Origin: Lytechinus pictus
Lineage: Eukaryota
DNA: 64,000 nucleotides
Reading direction: 5' to 3'
NCBI RefSeq assembly: GCF_037042905.1
Contig: NC_087251.1
Coordinates: 20,462,001-20,526,000 of the forward strand
Part shown: piece by piece, positions 60,720 to 64,000 of the stretch
How positions within the stretch are numbered: the first letter of the stretch is position 1
Layout: each line of letters begins with the position of its first letter
Translations under genes and position numbers: made by a program
Notes under the pieces: model-generated
Seen by the model: only the letters and a program-made list of their open reading frames with translations
What the model was told of the DNA's origin: nothing
Database searches by the model: none

Positions 60720-61067
60720 TAATAAAAAGAATCCTTTGAGACTTCAGGAAATGTTAATAGTTTCATACCCCCTTTTTATTCCTAATTTACTGCCTCATTT
60801 AGTCTTTATTTAAACATAAGATATAAAATATAATTTTGTTTTCCTCTAGGAGACCCTAGCCTTACAAGCCTTGCTTTTTCAGGGGTTCTCCTTGTCTTTC
60901 TCTCAATACGTTTAGTTATTTGCTATGTTTCTTTCTTTTCTACTGTAACAATGATTTATGGTTAATTGATTTTTTTCATTTGTAGAATGTGAAATCATAC
61001 TTGTAAGATAAAATGTATGTGCAGAAAGAAAGACGAATAAATATCTTATCTTATCTTATCTTATCTT
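60720..61067 (+). mobile_element. Probable LINE 3' UTR remnant with (TCTTA)n tail
   Basis: Stem ggagaccc...gggttctcc, then AATAAA directly followed by a short tandem-repeat tail. Confidence 0.4.
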
Positions 61068-62216
61068 AAACATGATTGAACATAAAACATGTTAAAGGTC
61101 ATATTATATGATGAAATCTTCCTCAAGTTTCAATGATAAAATTGCAAAGGCTTTTCTCATCTTTTTCTTTTGTGTGTGAATATCGCAAAGGTAGAAACAT
61201 TACAGTATGAAAAAAGAGAGCAGCAAACAAACTTTAGTACTCTGACAAGTCTTGCAAAGCGAAATTGGCTTCAGAAATGATACACTTAAAAAAAGTACCA
61301 TAGTTTTCCCCTTTTTTATCAGACAATGAGAACACCAACACTTAAACATTTAAGAAATAATACAAAAACTTATTATCATTCCTTATTGAATGTCATGAAT
61401 CATCTAAATGCAGTCTGTGACAAGAAATTTTTTTTTTTTGAGATTGCACTTGATATCATCAACCTTAAGAAAGGCTTGCCAATGATTGCAACAATAAAAA
61501 AGCTCCTTGAAAAGTCATAGAGAGTGAGAGTGGTGAAATTAAATTCATGTGACAGAATACTTTGTCTTCATGAGCAAATTGGCCAAATCTATAAATATAA
61601 CTGACTTAAGTTAAGTTTTACATCGTCTTATTTTTTACTGTACACATTGCACTTCTTATCCTGAATAAAAACACCTGTATCACTCTATTAAACAATATAC
61701 CTATTTAAAACAAGTTTTAAATAAAACAACTTTACCACATCACCTTTGAACATATTTGTAATACAAAATACTTATACTTTCAATAAAAAACACATTTCAC
61801 TGTACATATTTTATACCTGAAACAAACTGTGACCACATTTCCAAGTGTTTTATAGAGCCCTCAATGATCTTCAAAGCTCAAATGCTGGGTATTCATTGAT
61901 TTTTTAAAATCCTGATGGAGACTCTTCAAACACATGCCTAACAAGTGTAGATTTGAAGCCTTGCCAGAAGACTCTAGTACTACAGAGTGAATCAAAACAC
62001 ATGACCCTCAGATTACATGGTGATCACTACACTGTAAAATTACTAAGATATACATGCAAGATATAAACCATACATCAAATGATTAACAATGAATAAAAAA
62101 CATTCTAGCACAATATTTCAACAAGCAGAAATAATTTTTAAAGTCCTCCTTAATGTTGAATACTTGATAAATTCAAAAGAGATGCTCTATAATTAATATT
62201 TAAACTGGGTTCCAAC

Positions 62217-62779
62217 AGGAAAGTGTGAGACCCATTTAACAAAAGTTTTCATACAATATTTTTATGAGAAATTTTCCTAATCTAAACTGGGTTCCAACAG
62301 AAACTTATCAACTTCACAAGCGCACGACACAAATTCATACATTATCCTTTTTTTTTTTACCTCAATGGTGTGTTTAAAATGTTAATTTTAACTTCCAGTA
62401 ACTTCTTAGTTATTGAGGCAATCAATTAAACATGCCAATGGTCATACTGTGAACTTTTATAAACGCCAACGGGTAAGTTTGTTTAATCCATTTTCATTGG
62501 TCTTTCTTTTGGCATTTGTGACTTTGGATTCTGGAACCATTTGGTTTGAGAGGCTACATCCTCTTTGTTATAAAACCAATCTTTTAATTATTGACATGTG
62601 CTTAGTAAAGATTATTGAAGCTAGCCTGTGTCAAACGTTTGTTCATTTTGACTGAGTGCAATTTGTGTCGTGCGCTTGCAAAGTTTGATAAGTTTCTTTT
62701 GGAACCCAGTTTAGATTTAGAAAATTTCTCATAAAAATATTGTATGGAAACTTTTGTTACATGGGTCTCACACTTTCCT
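62217..62779. mobile_element. MITE with ~115-bp imperfect TIRs
   Basis: AGGAAAGTGTGAGACCCAT...ATGGGTCTCACACTTTCCT, extending inward to gcgcacgacacaaatt / aatttgtgtcgtgcgc. Confidence 0.8.
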
Positions 62780-64000
62780 CCAAGACACAGGAGTATGAGG
62801 GATCACAAATAAAAAGATCTTAAAGACTGTTGAAAAAAAAAGTTGAAAATTAAAGACCTCTCATACTATTATATAGAGGAAAGTGGAAATAAGCTGAAAT
62901 TAAGCTGAAAATCAAAACCAAAAATAGCTGAAATCGGCTATAAACCTCAAACCTCGCACCACTGAAATTTGTCTTTAAGAGGACTTCAGCAGTCAGCACA
63001 CTTATTGTACCTTTTGAGATCACCAATCTGAATCCGAGTTTCAGCATGACAGATAACAAGTTCATATATCTTCATAAAAAGTACACAATTTTGTGCACAA
63101 ATTAAATGCTTGACATCAATGTCATCATCATGAAATTCAAGGTAGAAATGATTTCAGAGGCATTAACTCTTGTCGAGATGAGGAAGACAATTAATTTGAG
63201 ACTTCCTAGTGGCAACTACCATCAATTATTATGTCATTGCATGTTTAAGAAAGGCAAATATAACTTACAGAGGTGTAACACGTGCAAATTTTGTTGGACC
63301 ACATGCTTATATAATGAATAGAATTCATTATATATTGAATATATATTGAATAGCCATTACTGGTATTTTTATTCAGTTTCCTTGAAGAATAAATTGACAC
63401 ATTGCATGGTTCAAATTCAATTTTTAGGAGTATCCAATAGTGTATTTCCCTTTACAAAATACACTTGCATAAATATAGATAACATTTGTACTAGTAATAT
63501 TTACTAGTACACAGTATATATTTCCAAAACATATGGAAATAGAAAGCCTTAGCACCTTGTAATAAGCCAGTTCACGGTTAGCTCATGATCAACTTTTCTC
63601 AAATGACCTTTGTGATTTTTCATTAGGATAAGCACTATCATTTTCAAACGTAGATGTTGCGTAAGCTTTACCAGTAGAGTATTCAAATTCTAAGAACAAA
63701 AGGCATTGTGTAGACCGGGTGACTAGAATAGTACATCAGGGATAAAGTTTGGAAATCTGTTTTATTGTCTGCCTTTGGCACATTTGACTATTGTTTAGGC
63801 TACTGTCAAATACCAGTGATTATGAAGGCTCTATTTATTACTCTTCAGCTTGGATGTGATAAATATTTTGAAAGGAATACATGAATAATCATCAAATCAC
63901 AAATGCCTATGTCAGTGAATTTGAAAGCCACCTTCATGGTTGTCTCCAATGACCTTTTTCTACTCGTGCGCAGTTTACAACCGTGAACAGGCTTATTATG

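Overview
AT-rich eukaryotic (animal) genomic DNA, probably a sea urchin or similar invertebrate deuterostome (inferred from hyalin-type repeats and the repeat landscape). Most ORF-track entries are exon fragments or repeat artefacts. Two convergent spliced genes can be rebuilt from GT-AG sites and exon phase. (1) A 5'-truncated + strand gene (about 35 exons, 5982-~40061, about 2,550 aa in the window) encodes a Mesh/SUSD2/MUC4-like type I membrane protein: AMOP, VWD (GDPH), Sushi, 18 HYR, EGF, EGF, SEA (GSVI), cbEGF, TM, cytoplasmic tail. It includes a recent triplication of a 3-exon HYR module. (2) A complete 4-exon - strand gene (57250-45389, 201 aa) encodes an atypical Arf-like GTPase with altered G3/G4 motifs. 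The non-coding DNA holds a 5-kb 57-bp palindromic minisatellite with higher-order structure, a 6.8-kb foldback transposon carrying about 30 RFX X-box-like palindromes with a nested TTAA MITE, several MITEs with clear target-site duplications, a tRNA-derived SINE, LINE remnants and microsatellites. All coordinates were read by hand.
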